Positions 1-13,712 of a stretch of 64,000 bases of DNA are shown here, piece by piece (position 1 is the first letter of the stretch; each line of letters starts with the position of its first letter). The notes under the pieces were generated by a model. The model was not told the DNA's origin and ran no database searches. It saw only the letters and a program-made list of their open reading frames with translations. Both the position numbers and the translations under genes were made by a program. The stretch comes from Octopus vulgaris (Eukaryota), in assembly GCA_951406725.2 (NCBI GenBank), contig OX597821.1, forward strand, positions 107,942,001 through 108,006,000. Direction: 5' to 3'.

Positions 1-7
1 TATATAT

Positions 8-210
8 AGTTAATCCAAACATGAAAACACAAAGAGAAAACACAACAACGCAGGGACGTGAAACAAGTATAGTGTTATTCGACGCTCAGGAAAGGAAAGA
101 AAGAAGGAGGATTTAACGTTTCGAGCGGAGGTCTTCGTCATAAATATAAAAACGGAAAGATCCAAGGAAGGGAAGACGGAGGAAAAAAACCGCTAACGAT
201 ACACACGCGG

Positions 211-214
<4 letters not shown>
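8..214 (-). mobile_element. Short repeat family H1 with degenerate hammerhead-like motif (Penelope/retrozyme-like tail)
   Basis: Reverse complement of the elements at 28458-28650 and 44770-44997. The minus strand at 111-145 reads ATTT-ATGACGA-AGACCTCCGCTC-GAAACGTT-AAAT. Ends in (TA)n. Confidence 0.65.
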
Positions 215-276
<62 letters not shown>

Positions 277-434
277 CCGCTTTAACATGGTTGTCCGTTC
301 GAGCGGACTCTATTGCGGTTTTTTAACCCCAAGAGGACATCTCTTCTAGTTGGTTAACGATGCACAGCAACATCCCATAAAACTGCGAGCAAGGGAGCTT
401 ACTCCAACCATCTCCCAGTGACGGGACCAATAAG

Positions 435-477
435 CCAGTCCTGGTTTCGGGCTATTTCTGCCACTTCTCAGTACTGG
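435..477 (-). ncRNA. Degenerate hammerhead-like motif
   Basis: Minus strand reads CCAGTA-CTGAGAA-GTGGC..AGCCC-GAAACCAGG-ACTGG. Stem I (CCAGT/ACTGG) is retained; core and cleavage triplet are damaged. Confidence 0.35.
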
Positions 478-684
478 ACTCTTCGTCTGCTAGAGAGGAT
501 AGAAGTTCGCTTCTGCACGCAATATATATATATTTCAAGAGAGATTTTTAGAACCTGCATTTTTACTTTGGCATCCAGAAGATCCAAAAGGCAAGCAAGG
601 CTATGCAAGTGCTACTGAAGGGCCGCTATTATACCTCCCGGTTCGATAATAGTAGAATCCTTACTCATACTATATATATATATA

Positions 685-1508
<824 letters not shown>

Positions 1509-1529
1509 TATGTATATATATATAAATAC

Positions 1530-1600
<71 letters not shown>

Positions 1601-1849
1601 TTGGAGAAAAGAGTAATCGTCATTGACAGGGCGCAAGCGTGCCGATTTGCATCTGACATACTTGTGAATCAATGCCGGGATGATCTTTCGTCTCGCTCCA
1701 ATATTGTGTTTTCAAGACAGTCTCCTATCTATGACGTCATTTAGTATATGATTCCTCCTTTCTCCTAACCCCCTTCACATGTTCGTATTTACTGATTTAG
1801 TTTTGGTTTGATTAAATGTAGCCTTAAAGCACCGCTATCAACGTTACCG

Positions 1850-2270
1850 TTACCACCATCGCCTCAAACACAACCACTACCACAGCCACCACCATCATCA
1901 CCACCACAACCAACACTGTCACAACCACAACACCATCCCCATAACTACCATCGCCACCACAACCAGTGCCACCACCAACACTACCACCACCACCATCGTA
2001 ACGATCACTACAATCACAGTCACCACCACCCCTATCACAACGACTACGACGACCACCACCATCATCACCTCTACCACCAGCATCACAACAACCATCATCC
2101 CATCGCTATCACCACCATCACAACGACTAATACGACGACGACCACCACCACCACCACCACCACTACCATCACAACGAATTCGACGACCACCACCATCATC
2201 ACCACTACCACTATCATCATCGCCACTACCACCAGCATCACAACCACCATCACCACCACTACCAAACCTC
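1850..2270. repeat. Imperfect (CAC/CAT)n trinucleotide tract
   Basis: Visible low-complexity sequence that explains the His/Thr/Pro-rich ORF. Confidence 0.85.
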
Positions 2271-2839
2271 CCAGTTCACATCCGTAGACTTTATCTTTCA
2301 GCCTCGATATCATCACAGCTCCCATAATTCATTAGTCATTCGTCCAGTTTTTATCTAAATGGCGTATCAAAAAACATCACCAACACCAACGTCCCCTTCA
2401 TCACTCACCGCCACCTCCCCCTTCACCGTCGCAATTTCAATTTATTTCTCTCATCCTCAGCTTTCTTATATCTCTACCCAGAATGCCTTTCGTCTTCCTC
2501 TCACGTTATTCGCTACCATATCCGTCGTACGTCTATTTATTCTGTTATCTATCACATCTAATCATTCCCTTTTCGTTTGGTCAGCCTAAATATTTTATTT
2601 TCTGTAATTTCTTCTGATTTTTTCCTTTTCTGTTTTCGGTTGTAATTTTTCTTTCGTGTTCTTATTCTTTTTTTTCTTTCTTGGTGCTGCAATTTTCCTT
2701 TATCTTTCTTTTTCTTTTTTGTTTTATTTTTAGTTCTGTTAATTTGTTTCTTTCTTTCCTTACACATTTTCTATTTTCATATCTTCTGCTTCTGTTTCTT
2801 ATTGCAATTTTGTATCTGTATTACTGCATCTCTGTCTTC

Positions 2840-2875
<36 letters not shown>

Positions 2876-3310
2876 TGTGAGTGTGTGTGTGTATATATAT
2901 CTATGTGTGCGCGTATGTATACATGTATGTATATCGTCTGATTCATCATATTAAAAATTCATTCTCTTTCTTTCCATTCTATCCACCTTACATCTATATT
3001 TTTATATTTTATCGCTTCTCTCTTCTCAATTTCATATTCCTTTATCTTTTCCATTTATATTATTTAGCAATTCTTCTTCTTCTTCTTCTTCTTCTTCTTC
3101 TTCTTCTTCTTCTTCTTCTTCTTCTTCTTCTTCTTCTTCTTCTTCTTCTTCTTCTTCCTCCTGGTTCGAAAAGTATTCTATCAGACATGATACTTTTTTA
3201 AAATTGTTATCAGACTTTTAAAATCACTTTCTATTTATTTATTTATTTATTTATACATTTATTTATTATTATATTTAATTATATTTATTGTTATATTTAA
3301 ATTGAGTAAA

Positions 3311-3640
3311 ATATCGTTCCTAACACCCCTCCCCAGATACGACTTCTGCCAAACTGCGGGGGCAATAGCACAATGATTGTAACTATGCTAATAAATATGA
3401 AAATAACAACAACAACAACAATAATAATAACCATGGGTTTCAAAGTTTGGCACAAGACAGTAACTTCGAAGGAAGGAGAAATCGATTACATCGATCCCAG
3501 TGTTCCATGCTTAGCGGTATTTTCTTTGTCTTTACGATCTGAGTTCAAATTCCGCCGAGGTTGACTTTGCTTTTCATCCTTCGGGATTGATAAAATAAGT
3601 ACCAGTCGAGCACTGTCTTAATAATAATACAAATATTAAT

Positions 3641-3683
<43 letters not shown>

Positions 3684-3820
3684 GCCCTGAAGCAATACCA
3701 GGCAGTGGCTCTCACGACTTCTGATCTTAACTGATTGTACATTGTTCTGTCTTGGTATAAAAGATGGGCTACAGCAAATATTCTACTCAATACCACATAT
3801 TTGCTTGTCAGTTGTTTGAC
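3311..3820 (+). repeat. Left arm of ~500-bp inverted duplication (partner 5447-6016)
   Basis: ATATCGTTCCTAACACCCCTCCCCAGATAC.. is the reverse complement of ..GTATCTGGGGAGGGGTGTTAGGAACGATAT. The ORF track also gives near-identical peptides on opposite strands. Confidence 0.95.
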
Positions 3821-4219
3821 CTTAACCAGTTGAGCATGACCCTTAGTAGTTGACGATATGTGCATCTCTGATCACGAGCAGAAGTAGTGGGGGAGCATCA
3901 TAGCCATATGTTGAGAAGAATTCTTTTGGGGTTTGAGTAATTCACCTCTGGAAACATGGGTGTTTCGTTCAACATTCTTAACCCTGATTCAGAGACCTTT
4001 GAGCGGGGTGGGCTACTCGACCAGAAGAAAATTCTAACTGGGTCCCACCTGCAAGGCCATGAGCTGTTTATCTTGATATGAAATCGCTATGTCGCACACA
4101 TATGACTGTGATGTATGTGCCTGGTGTACCCTTATCAGACGGGTAGTTATGATGGATATACTGGGCTTCGTATATTTTACCGCAGTATTACTTTGATGGC
4201 ATGTACTGCTCTCTCACTC

Positions 4220-4220
<1 letters not shown>
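3680..4220 (-). mobile_element. Non-autonomous ~540-bp element embedded in (TAA)n, probably retroposed (Dong/R4-partner-like)
   Basis: Complex sequence bounded on both sides by (TAA)n. A truncated second copy at 5447-5599 abuts (TTA)n at the same end. Confidence 0.55.
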
Positions 4221-4432
<212 letters not shown>

Positions 4433-4434
4433 TT

Positions 4435-4592
4435 CTACTATAGGCACAAGGTCTGAAATTTCGGAAGAAGGGGATAGACGATTACACCGGCTCCAGTGTA
4501 TTTCTAGTACTTTATTTATCAACACCGAAAGGATGAAAGGCGAAGTTGACTTCGGCGGAATTTGAACTCAGAACATAAAGGCGGACGAAATA
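4435..4592 (-). mobile_element. SINE family B fragment (tRNA-derived, Deu/Nin-like core)
   Basis: CCGAAAGGATGAAAGGCGAAGTTGACTTCGGCGGAATTTGAACTCAGAAC is the reverse complement of the B-box plus GCCTTTCATCCTTTCGG core. Confidence 0.8.
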
Positions 4593-4893
4593 CATCATTG
4601 CCTGGAATTGCAAGATTTCACCCCAGCAGAGTTCTCAACGGGGTTCTTGAAACATGATCAGTAAACAAGTGTCACCTTAGTCTGCGGGGTGTTGGGAGCT
4701 GACGCCTTCCATAATACTCGGCAGAATAAGCTGAGAGTTTTCATCAAATAATAACAGCAGCAACGACGAAGTTATAATAATGAGGATGGCGACGACGACG
4801 ACGATGACGCCAATATTAGCAAAAACAACAACAATAATAATAAATAAATAATTCCATACATAGATAACTAGACAGACAGACAGACAGACAGAC

Positions 4894-4972
<79 letters not shown>

Positions 4973-4980
4973 CAGATAGT

Positions 4981-5055
<75 letters not shown>

Positions 5056-5446
5056 GAGTGCATGTCATGGAGGTCATCTTTTGCCAAGAATGGAATCGAT
5101 TTTGTTTAAAAATATATTCGACAGTCAAATGTGAAGCGATATAAATGGACAGCAATGGCTGCTTCATCGGATGTCTTATCAGGCGTTTGATGTTGTTGAA
5201 TAAATATTTGAATAGTATGATTGCATGGGGTTTGTGGAGGAGAAGAGATGGATGTGGTGGATGGTGAGGATGTAGAAGGGAGAAGTGGGGAGGGGGAGAG
5301 AGATTGGTGAGGAGAAGAGGGAGGAGACGAGCAAAGAGAAGGAAAACAGCAGAAAGGATGAGGGATACGTAGAACAATAAATATATATATATATATGCAT
5401 ATATATGTATATAAATGTATATATATATATGTATATATATATATGT

Positions 5447-5595
5447 CAAACAACTGACAAGCAAATCAGTGGTATTGAGCACAATATTTGCTGTAGCCTA
5501 TCTTTTATACCAAGACAAAACAATGTACATGATAACACTTCCAATCAGTTAAGATCAGAAGTCGTGAGAGCCACTGCCTGGTATTGCCTCAGAGC

Positions 5596-5670
<75 letters not shown>

Positions 5671-6010
5671 CATTATTGTTATTATTATTATTCCTATTAG
5701 TATTATTATTAAGACAGTGCTCGACTGGTACTTATTTTATCAATCCCGAAGTATGAAAAGCAAAGTCAACCTCGGCGGAATTTGAACTCAGAACGTAAAG
5801 ACAAAGAAAATACCGCTAAGCAAGGAACACTGGGATCGATGTAATCGATTTCTCCTTCCTTCGAAGTTACTGTCTTGTGCCAAACTTTGAAACCCATGGT
5901 TATTATTATTGTTGTTGTGGTTATTTTCATATTTATTAGCATAGTTACAATCATTGTGCTATTGCCCCCGCAGTTTGGCAGAAGACGTATCTGGGGAGGG
6001 GTGTTAGGAA

Positions 6011-6016
<6 letters not shown>
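5447..6016 (-). repeat. Right arm of inverted duplication (partner 3311-3820)
   Basis: Reverse-complement match that includes the unique flank, SINE-B pieces and the TAA tract. Confidence 0.95.
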
Positions 6017-6059
<43 letters not shown>

Positions 6060-6061
6060 AA

Positions 6062-6225
6062 GGTACAGGAGTGGCTGTGTGATAAGTATCTTGCTTCCCA
6101 ACCACATGGTTTCGGGCTCAGTCCCACTATGTGGCACCTTGGGCAAGTGTCTTCTACTATAGCCTCAGGCCGACCAAAATCTTGTGAGTGGATTTGGTAG
6201 ACGGAAACTGAAAGATGCCCGCCGT
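6062..6225 (+). mobile_element. SINE family A head
   Basis: Matches 685-826. Confidence 0.85.
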
Positions 6226-6428
6226 ATATATATATATATCAGTAGATGAATGAATTATCCTAGTATGGATAATTCTGTTAATCGATACCTGGGTAGCAAA
6301 TTCACTTCAGTAAAACACGGTTGAAGTTACATGCCAAGGGCTGAACCCCGTGTTCGTGTGTGGAAATTTGTTTGTTTTTTTATATGAATAAATGAAAAGA
6401 ATGGAGTCGAACGAAGATTTTATCAAAA

Positions 6429-6527
6429 TTCCTTTACTTTCGACATATGTTTCGAAGACTGCATATTCTTAATTCCGAAGGAATGAAGGTTGCATTATGC
6501 CGTCTTCTCATCAGAAAATACAAGGAA
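6429..6527 (-). ncRNA. Type I hammerhead ribozyme (minus-strand copy)
   Basis: TCATCAG at 6508-6514. Same fold as the plus copy, with a U-G pair closing stem I. Confidence 0.8.
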
Positions 6528-7091
6528 CCTCTATCAGCCTCAAGACGAACAAAAGCTTCTTACCGTCTGCCTACATGGTTTCCACAGTGATAATAAATAT
6601 TTATTTAAAATAATCCGTTATAGGCAATGACGTCAAAATTGGATGGAAGGAGGAAGTTATAAAAAAATAGGAAGGGGACAGTGTGTATGCTGTATGTATG
6701 GGGATTGAAGGGTCTATGTTTTGTTAATGAGTTTGAGTGTTTGTGTGTGTATATAACTGCATCTGTGTCTATGTGTGTGTGTTTGCAAATGTATATGTGT
6801 GGGAGGGGGACAATTGTCAAATATATATAGTATTAATGTGAAAAATTTGTGTCTGTGTGTTTGATTGTGCGCATGATAGAGAGAGAGAGAGAGAGAGAGG
6901 GGGGGAGAGGTAGAGAGAAAGAGATAAACATACGCCAACTATATTTAATGTTTGATGCAACAGAACAGAGAGGAAGCATTTGTCTACGGTAGTGGTGTAG
7001 ACGGATTATTTTAAATAAATATTCACTATCACTGTGGAAACCATGTAGGCAGACGGTAAGAAGCTTTTGTTAGTCTTGAGGCTGATAGAGG

Positions 7092-7190
7092 TTCCTTGTA
7101 TTTCCTGATGAGAAGACGGCATAATGCAACCTTCATTCCTTCGGAACTAAGAATATGCAGTCTTCGAAACATATGTCGAAAGTAAAGGAA
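7092..7190 (+). ncRNA. Type I hammerhead ribozyme with intact core
   Basis: Stem I TTCCTT-gta-TTTC / GAAA-gta-AAGGAA. CTGATGA at 7105-7111. Stem II GAAGAC.GCATA / TATGC.GTCTTC. GAAA at 7166-7169. Palindromic stem III ACATATGT. GTC triplet at 7175-7177. Confidence 0.85.
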
Positions 7191-7225
7191 TTTTGATAAA
7201 ATCTTCGTTCGACTCCATTCTTTTC

Positions 7226-7280
<55 letters not shown>

Positions 7281-7289
7281 CATATGTTT

Positions 7290-7492
7290 GTGTGCCTATG
7301 TTTGTATCCCCACTATCGCTTGGCAACCGATGTTGGTGTGTCTATGTCTCCATAACTTAGTCGTTCGGCGTAACAGAACGATAGAATAAATACTAGGCTT
7401 ACAATGAATAAATTCTAACAAATTCGATTTGTTAGTCAGTGTTCTAGCATGGCTGTCATCAAATGACTGAGACAAATAAAACAATAAAAGAA
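7290..7492 (+). mobile_element. SINE family A tail
   Basis: Matches 1190-1410. Confidence 0.8.
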
Positions 7493-7560
7493 TATATATA
7501 TATATATATATAGATCGATAGATAGATACATACATATATACATACACACACACACACACA

Positions 7561-7633
7561 AAGCATATCAGTACCTCTGGTATTTGAGTACTCTTTTTTC
7601 CACCTTGTTTTACATTTATGTACTTGCTCCGGT
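7561..7633 (+). mobile_element. 3' fragment of repeat family H2 (longer copy at 60855-61000)
   Basis: TGGTATTTGAGTACTCTTTTTTCCACCTTGTTT..CTCCGGTATA is the reverse complement of 60855-60930. Confidence 0.75.
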
Positions 7634-7680
7634 ATATATATATATATATATACGTATGTAACTGTAGTAGTAGTGGCAGT

Positions 7681-7751
<71 letters not shown>

Positions 7752-8039
7752 CAGCAGCAGTGTTAGAGCGGTAGTAGAAGCAGCAGCAGTACGTCTTGAC
7801 TGCATAGAAAATCGGTGTCTTCGACATGAATTCTTGACTTTCTCCATTCTCAAACTGTAACGTTAGGAGAACCGTCCATATGCAATGGTTTAGGAACTCC
7901 AGCTGCCTCATTGGTATAACAAGCGTGTAATCGTTGCGTAACTTTTCACACGCAGTCACTAACATGCAACGTGCTGCGATACAGAGTGGTACAGAAACAA
8001 CTGTAACATGCAATAAAGTTGTGCTATATTCATCGAAAA

Positions 8040-8392
8040 GCTTCGCGGTATTTCGTCTGCCGCTATGTTCTGAGTTCAAATTCCGCGAGGTCAACTTTGC
8101 CTTTTATCCTTTCGGGGTCGATTAAATAAATACCAGTTACGCACTGGGGTCGATATAATCGACTCAATCTGTTTGTCTGCCATTGTTTGTCCTCTCTGTG
8201 TTTAGCCCCTTGTGGGTTGTAAAGAAATAGATATTTTGCCTGTCTTTACGTTCTGAGTTCATTTTCCGCCGAGGTCAACTTTGCCTTTCATGCTTTCGAG
8301 GTCGATAAATTAAGTACGATTTGCGTGCTGGGGTCGATCTAATCGACCCACCCGTCTCCCAAAAATATCCGGCTTTGTGCCTAGTAGAAAAC
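8040..8392 (+). mobile_element. SINE family B tandem (dimer-like) copy
   Basis: GAGTTCA..CCG(C)CGAGGTCAACTTTGCCTTT core occurs twice. Confidence 0.85.
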
Positions 8393-8684
8393 AATGGATT
8401 GTTACCCTGATACTTTTTATGAGTGGAGTCAGCTACGTGTGCCATTATACATATATGTATGATCGTATTTATGCATATGCGTATGTATGTATATACGTGT
8501 GTGCGTGTGTGTATGTATGTAGATATGTGGGTATGTATGCATGTACATATCAGCCGAAATTGCGAGGATGATCCGGTTCTTGACTGAAGATTAGAGGCTT
8601 CGAATGACCCGTCCGTCTTTTGTGTCGTCTCTTTGGGTGTTTTGCGTTCTTTTCCCATTTTGCATTTTTATATATATTTTTTAT

Positions 8685-8752
<68 letters not shown>

Positions 8753-8869
8753 ATGTGTGTATATATATATATATATGGTATTCGTATTTATGTATCTAGG
8801 TATACGGATATACAGAGAAGTTTATATCATTGAAATTACAAATACGGTATATTCTTTTCTACCCTAGGC

Positions 8870-9205
8870 GACCTGGAAAGGATGAATGGCAAAGTCGACC
8901 TCGGCGGAATTTGAACTCAGAACATACGGACAAACGAAATACTGCTAAGCATTTCGCCCGGCTAACGTTTCTTATTTCTTTATTGCCAACAAGGGGCTAA
9001 ACGTAGAAGGGACAAACAAGGACAGACAAACGGATTTAGTCGATTACACCAACCCCAGTGCGTAACCGGTACTTAATTCTTCGATCCCGAAAGGATGAAA
9101 GGCAAAGTCGACCTCGGCGGAATTTGAACTCAGAACGTAACAGCAGACGAAATATCTCAAAGCATTTCGCCCGGCGTGCTAACGTTTCTGCCAGCTTTCT
9201 GCCTT
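8870..9205 (-). mobile_element. SINE family B tandem copy, opposite orientation
   Basis: GGCAAAGTCGACCTCGGCGGAATTTGAACTCAGAAC occurs twice. Confidence 0.85.
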
Positions 9206-9460
9206 ACAAATCAGGAATATTGAGCATGAAATATGGAACAGCGTGTCGATTTTAGTATAAAAACCTAACTGCAGCGCATGCGTAGAGACGAAATATATCT
9301 CGTCTGCTTGGCCTCACAGCACAAAGATTTAGATATAAACTCGTAAACATGAATAAAACATACTTATACAATAACATCACTACATACGTACAAACACACA
9401 TTTATATGTATACATGTACATATATATACATTTATATATATATATATATACACATACATG

Positions 9461-9546
<86 letters not shown>

Positions 9547-9562
9547 CATACATACATATATA

Positions 9563-9975
9563 TCTCTTATTATAAAAGGCAGATTTTATCTGCCTCCCTT
9601 TGGGAGTTATACAAATCTACAATATAGGATTTCTTCAATTACAATTTACCTAGCATTTTTGAGAGTACAATGCATCGCGTCATGCCAGGTCCAGTTTTAA
9701 AAATTTAAACTCCAATTAAGCAAAATTTACAGAAAACTCACATTCTGGTGTGTGTGTCAAATGCTTTTCTTAGTCTGGTTTACACCACACGCAAACGCAC
9801 ACACACAGTGGGCAACGAATAAAATGAAAGTAAATAGCGACAGAGTGATTTGAGGAAGACCAAAGTGAAAGTATTCTGTCTATGACGCTGATAGATACAT
9901 GAGTAAAATGTATGGGAAGCTAAGAGCTAAGAGTGAGTGAAAATGTTCTTGGAAGAGAGTAATTAGTAATAAAGT
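9563..9975 (+). mobile_element. Probable 5' part of a non-autonomous Helitron
   Basis: Starts A|TCTCTTATTATAAAAGG, a Helitron-type TC start, followed by a small hairpin GGCAGA..TCTGCC. No 3' CTAG terminus found. Confidence 0.4.
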
Positions 9976-10354
9976 AAACATACACTCATACATACATACA
10001 TACATACATACATACATACATACATACATACATACATACATACATACACACACACACATACACACACACATACATACACACACACATACATACATACACA
10101 CATACATACATACATATACATACATACATACATATACATACATACATACACACACATACACACACACACAGTATTGAAGCTTGAGAACAATCAGATACAT
10201 TTGCAACACATCTGTTGAAAATATTATTGTTCACACACATACATATACATATATACATACAGACAGACAGACAGATAGACACACACACACACACATGATC
10301 CAGCATGGCCAAAACCTCAAGGCTGAAACATATAAAAGAATAACAGAATATAAA

Positions 10355-10712
10355 TGTGTGCAAAGTACAAGAAATATTAATGCAGTATATGGGGATTGGA
10401 CAATAAGCGTAAGGCAGTGTCAATGGTGGTTCCAGAAATCCCGAGCCATAAACTACAGCCTAGAAGACGAGCCTCATCCTGAAAGATCTGTAGAACTCGA
10501 CAAGGACATCCAGAAAACCCTGGTGGAACAAAATATCGTAACTGTTGAGGAACTAGCAGAGAAGCTTGGATTTGGTCATTCAACCATTCATTGACACCTG
10601 TGTGCTATCGGAAAAGTCAGCAAATTGGGTCAATGGGTTCCTCACGAACTTTCCGAGTCTAATTGCATGCAGAGAGTGAATGTATGCTTTTCTTTGCTGT
10701 CATATCTCACCA
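10355..10712 (+). pseudogene. Mariner transposase N-terminal relic (HTH to WVPHEL)
   Basis: Translation INAVYGD..QWWFQK..LEDEP..TVEELAEKLG..STIH*HLCAIGKVSKLGQWVPHELS, with an in-frame stop. Confidence 0.9.
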
Positions 10713-10729
10713 CTACTGCGCTATGTATA

Positions 10730-11366
10730 TCTATATATATAAAACTGTAGTTGTGTGAGTGTCTGTCCCCTTCGATTTAGATTCCTAACTACTCCCACAT
10801 TTTGCGGTACAGTTTAACCAAATTCGGGTAGCTTATAGTCGTGATTCATATCGAGCCCGTCTGAATATTAGCGCGCGTCTACGATGAGTCTACGATTTTA
10901 AAAATAATTTAACATCATTTTTTATTCCATTTTAATGCATAATTTTTCGTGTGTCGATGGCGGCGGAGTTGGCGTCCACGCTCACACCTGCACCTGTGGG
11001 GAAGGAGTGTAAGGAAATCAACGTCGTAATGCGTTGTCAAGGAGACCAGTGTTCTTTTAGAACAACGACTTCATGGCTTGAAGCCACCAAAACAGAAATG
11101 GCTAAGAAAGCGTCTACATGAGTCTACGATTTAAAAATAAAATTTACCATCGTTTTTTTTCCATTTTAATGCATTTATTCGCTATTATATAAGGGAAGTA
11201 ACTCTCTAAAAATGTCTACGATGAGTCAATGATTTTTCAAAAAATTTACCATCATATTTTTTCCATTTTTAATGCATTTTTTGCTATTTTTTGGCTATAA
11301 CTCTCTAAAAATGCTTATATAGTTATTTCCCTTACAAACCCGAGCAACGCCGGGCGATACTGCTAG
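10730..11366 (+). mobile_element. Non-autonomous Helitron with both termini
   Basis: A|TCTATATATATAAAA start. 3' hairpin CCCG-AGCAACGC-CGGG at 11339-11354 followed by CTAG|T. Three internal ~65-bp repeats beginning GTCTAC. Confidence 0.85.
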
Positions 11367-11398
<32 letters not shown>

Positions 11399-11472
11399 TA
11401 TAGCTGTCTCTCTCTTTCCCTTGACATGTAATTAGATGCATGTTGTAAAAGTGCAAAGGCAATTCACCACTC

Positions 11473-11506
<34 letters not shown>

Positions 11507-11666
11507 ATAGAGAGAGTGAGATAGCAAGGAGAGAGATAGCTAGGTAGATGTTCTCAGAAGATGTGTAGCAGGGCGAGTGGGGCACGAAGTGAAATAGTAG
11601 ATCCTGACAGAGATGCATAAATACCTGAATACATGCAACATACAAATATACGGAGAAAGAAAGAAT

Positions 11667-11720
<54 letters not shown>

Positions 11721-11803
11721 AGGCTGTTTGTTTATGTTGAGGATAACAAATCTCTCTCACTTTCTCTCTGCCACTCTCTTCCAATATATATGGATGTATA
11801 TTC

Positions 11804-11834
<31 letters not shown>

Positions 11835-12004
11835 TGTATGTATGTATGTATGTATGTATGTATCTATGTATGTATGTATGCATGTATGTATGTATCTATG
11901 TATGTATGTATATATCTATGTATTTGTGTGTGTATGTGTGTGTGAACGTGTACAAATAGATAGATAGATATATGGATAGATAGACAGACTGACAGGTAGA
12001 TAGG

Positions 12005-12116
<112 letters not shown>

Positions 12117-12251
12117 AAGATAAATGAATAATTAAGAGTAATTGATGACAGGTAGATAGAACGATCGAAAGTCTTTCTTTCAGCACTTGAATAATTCAAG
12201 AAGCATGTGTGTGTGTATGGCATGAGTGCGTATGTGTATGTGTATGTGCGT

Positions 12252-12299
<48 letters not shown>

Positions 12300-12306
12300 T
12301 AGAGAA

Positions 12307-12339
<33 letters not shown>

Positions 12340-12661
12340 TGTAATATGAGCCATACACACACACACATACAGAGATAAAGAAGGGTCGAGAGAGCTTTGG
12401 AAAGAGAGAGGGTGAATCGAAAAATGATGCTGTTTGAACGAGAGAGAGAGACAGACAGACAGATAGACTGCCATGCAGACATACATTGATACAGTCTACT
12501 CGACTGGTACATGAATACACAGTGTGTCTTAATAAGAGAGGGAGATGGAGAGAGGGAGAGAGAAATGGAGGAAGGTGGTAAGAGAAAGAAAGGGAGAAGT
12601 GAGAAGAGAGAAGGGGAGGTGGAGAGTTGGAGTAGACACAAGGAAAGAGTTAAGGGAGATT

Positions 12662-12700
<39 letters not shown>

Positions 12701-12714
12701 AGAGAGAGAGAGAG

Positions 12715-12924
12715 ATTGTGAGTAGGTTTGAGACGGGGAGCTTGAAAGACGGGGTGAGGATGCAGACAGACAGACAGACATGCAGACATACTGACGTATT
12801 ATTTTTACAGGGGAGAAATAGTTGTGTGTATATGGGTAAGTGCATTCTTTTAGAATGTGCGTTTGTGTGTGTGTGTGTGTGTGTGTGAGAAAGCGTGAGG
12901 TATTCAGAGATAGTAGGAGAGGAT

Positions 12925-12988
<64 letters not shown>

Positions 12989-12990
12989 GA
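12715..12990 (+). repeat. Direct duplication, copy 1 (copy 2 at 13708-13975)
   Basis: GATTGTGAGTAGGTTTGAGACGGGGAGC.. is near-identical 990 bp downstream. 13411-13457 also recurs near 14394. Confidence 0.95.
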
Positions 12991-13325
12991 GAGAAAAGGG
13001 GAGAGATATATAGGGTGGTAGAGTGTATGAAATGTATAAAGATTATGGATGTGAATGCGAGATGCATACATACATACATATAAACATACATGCATACATA
13101 CATACATACATACATACATATAAACACATACTTACACACATACATACATATAAACACATACATAAACACATACATGCATGCACACATACATATATACATA
13201 CTCACATATAATATACATGCATGCACATACATACATGCATACATAGGTACATGTATACGTCTGTGTGTTTATATATATATATATATATATACATAAATAT
13301 ACATATATATATATGTATGTATATA

Positions 13326-13361
<36 letters not shown>

Positions 13362-13439
13362 CACACACACACACACACAAACACACACATATATATATGT
13401 GTATACACATACACTTATATTTCAACAGAGATATATTTT

Positions 13440-13570
13440 TGTACTCCAGGCTTAACGCCTGAAATTTTGGGGGAAGGGGCCAAGTTGATTTGATCGATAC
13501 CGGTACACAACTGGTACTTAATGTATCGACTCCGAAAGGATGAAAGGCAAAGACGACCTCGGCGGATTTC
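13440..13570 (-). mobile_element. SINE family B fragment
   Basis: CCGAAGGATGAAAGGCAAAGACGACCTCGGCGGA core. Confidence 0.75.
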
Positions 13571-13668
13571 TGCAGAAATATTGACATATGAATATATATT
13601 ACAATTTTAAAATGAGAGTGGAGAGAAAGAGTGATGGTAGAGAAAGAGACAGAAGAAAGAGAGAGAAT

Positions 13669-13712
<44 letters not shown>

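Larger units (their letters stand above)
6388..7231. mobile_element. Element with 230-bp inverted terminal repeats (6388-6618 and 7001-7231), each carrying a hammerhead; Penelope-like inverted pseudo-LTR structure
   Basis: The arms are near-perfect reverse complements and each contains CTGATGA..GAAAC..GTC. Confidence 0.8.

Noticed and set aside
1808-2287. Pro/His/Thr-rich 159-aa ORF
   Set aside because: Degenerate CAC/CAT repeat with a TTG start and no domain or splice support.
8580-8615. CTGAAGA..GAAT..GTC hammerhead-like motif (related sequence near 28138-28170)
   Set aside because: GAAA is absent and stems I and II do not pair convincingly, so it was not counted.
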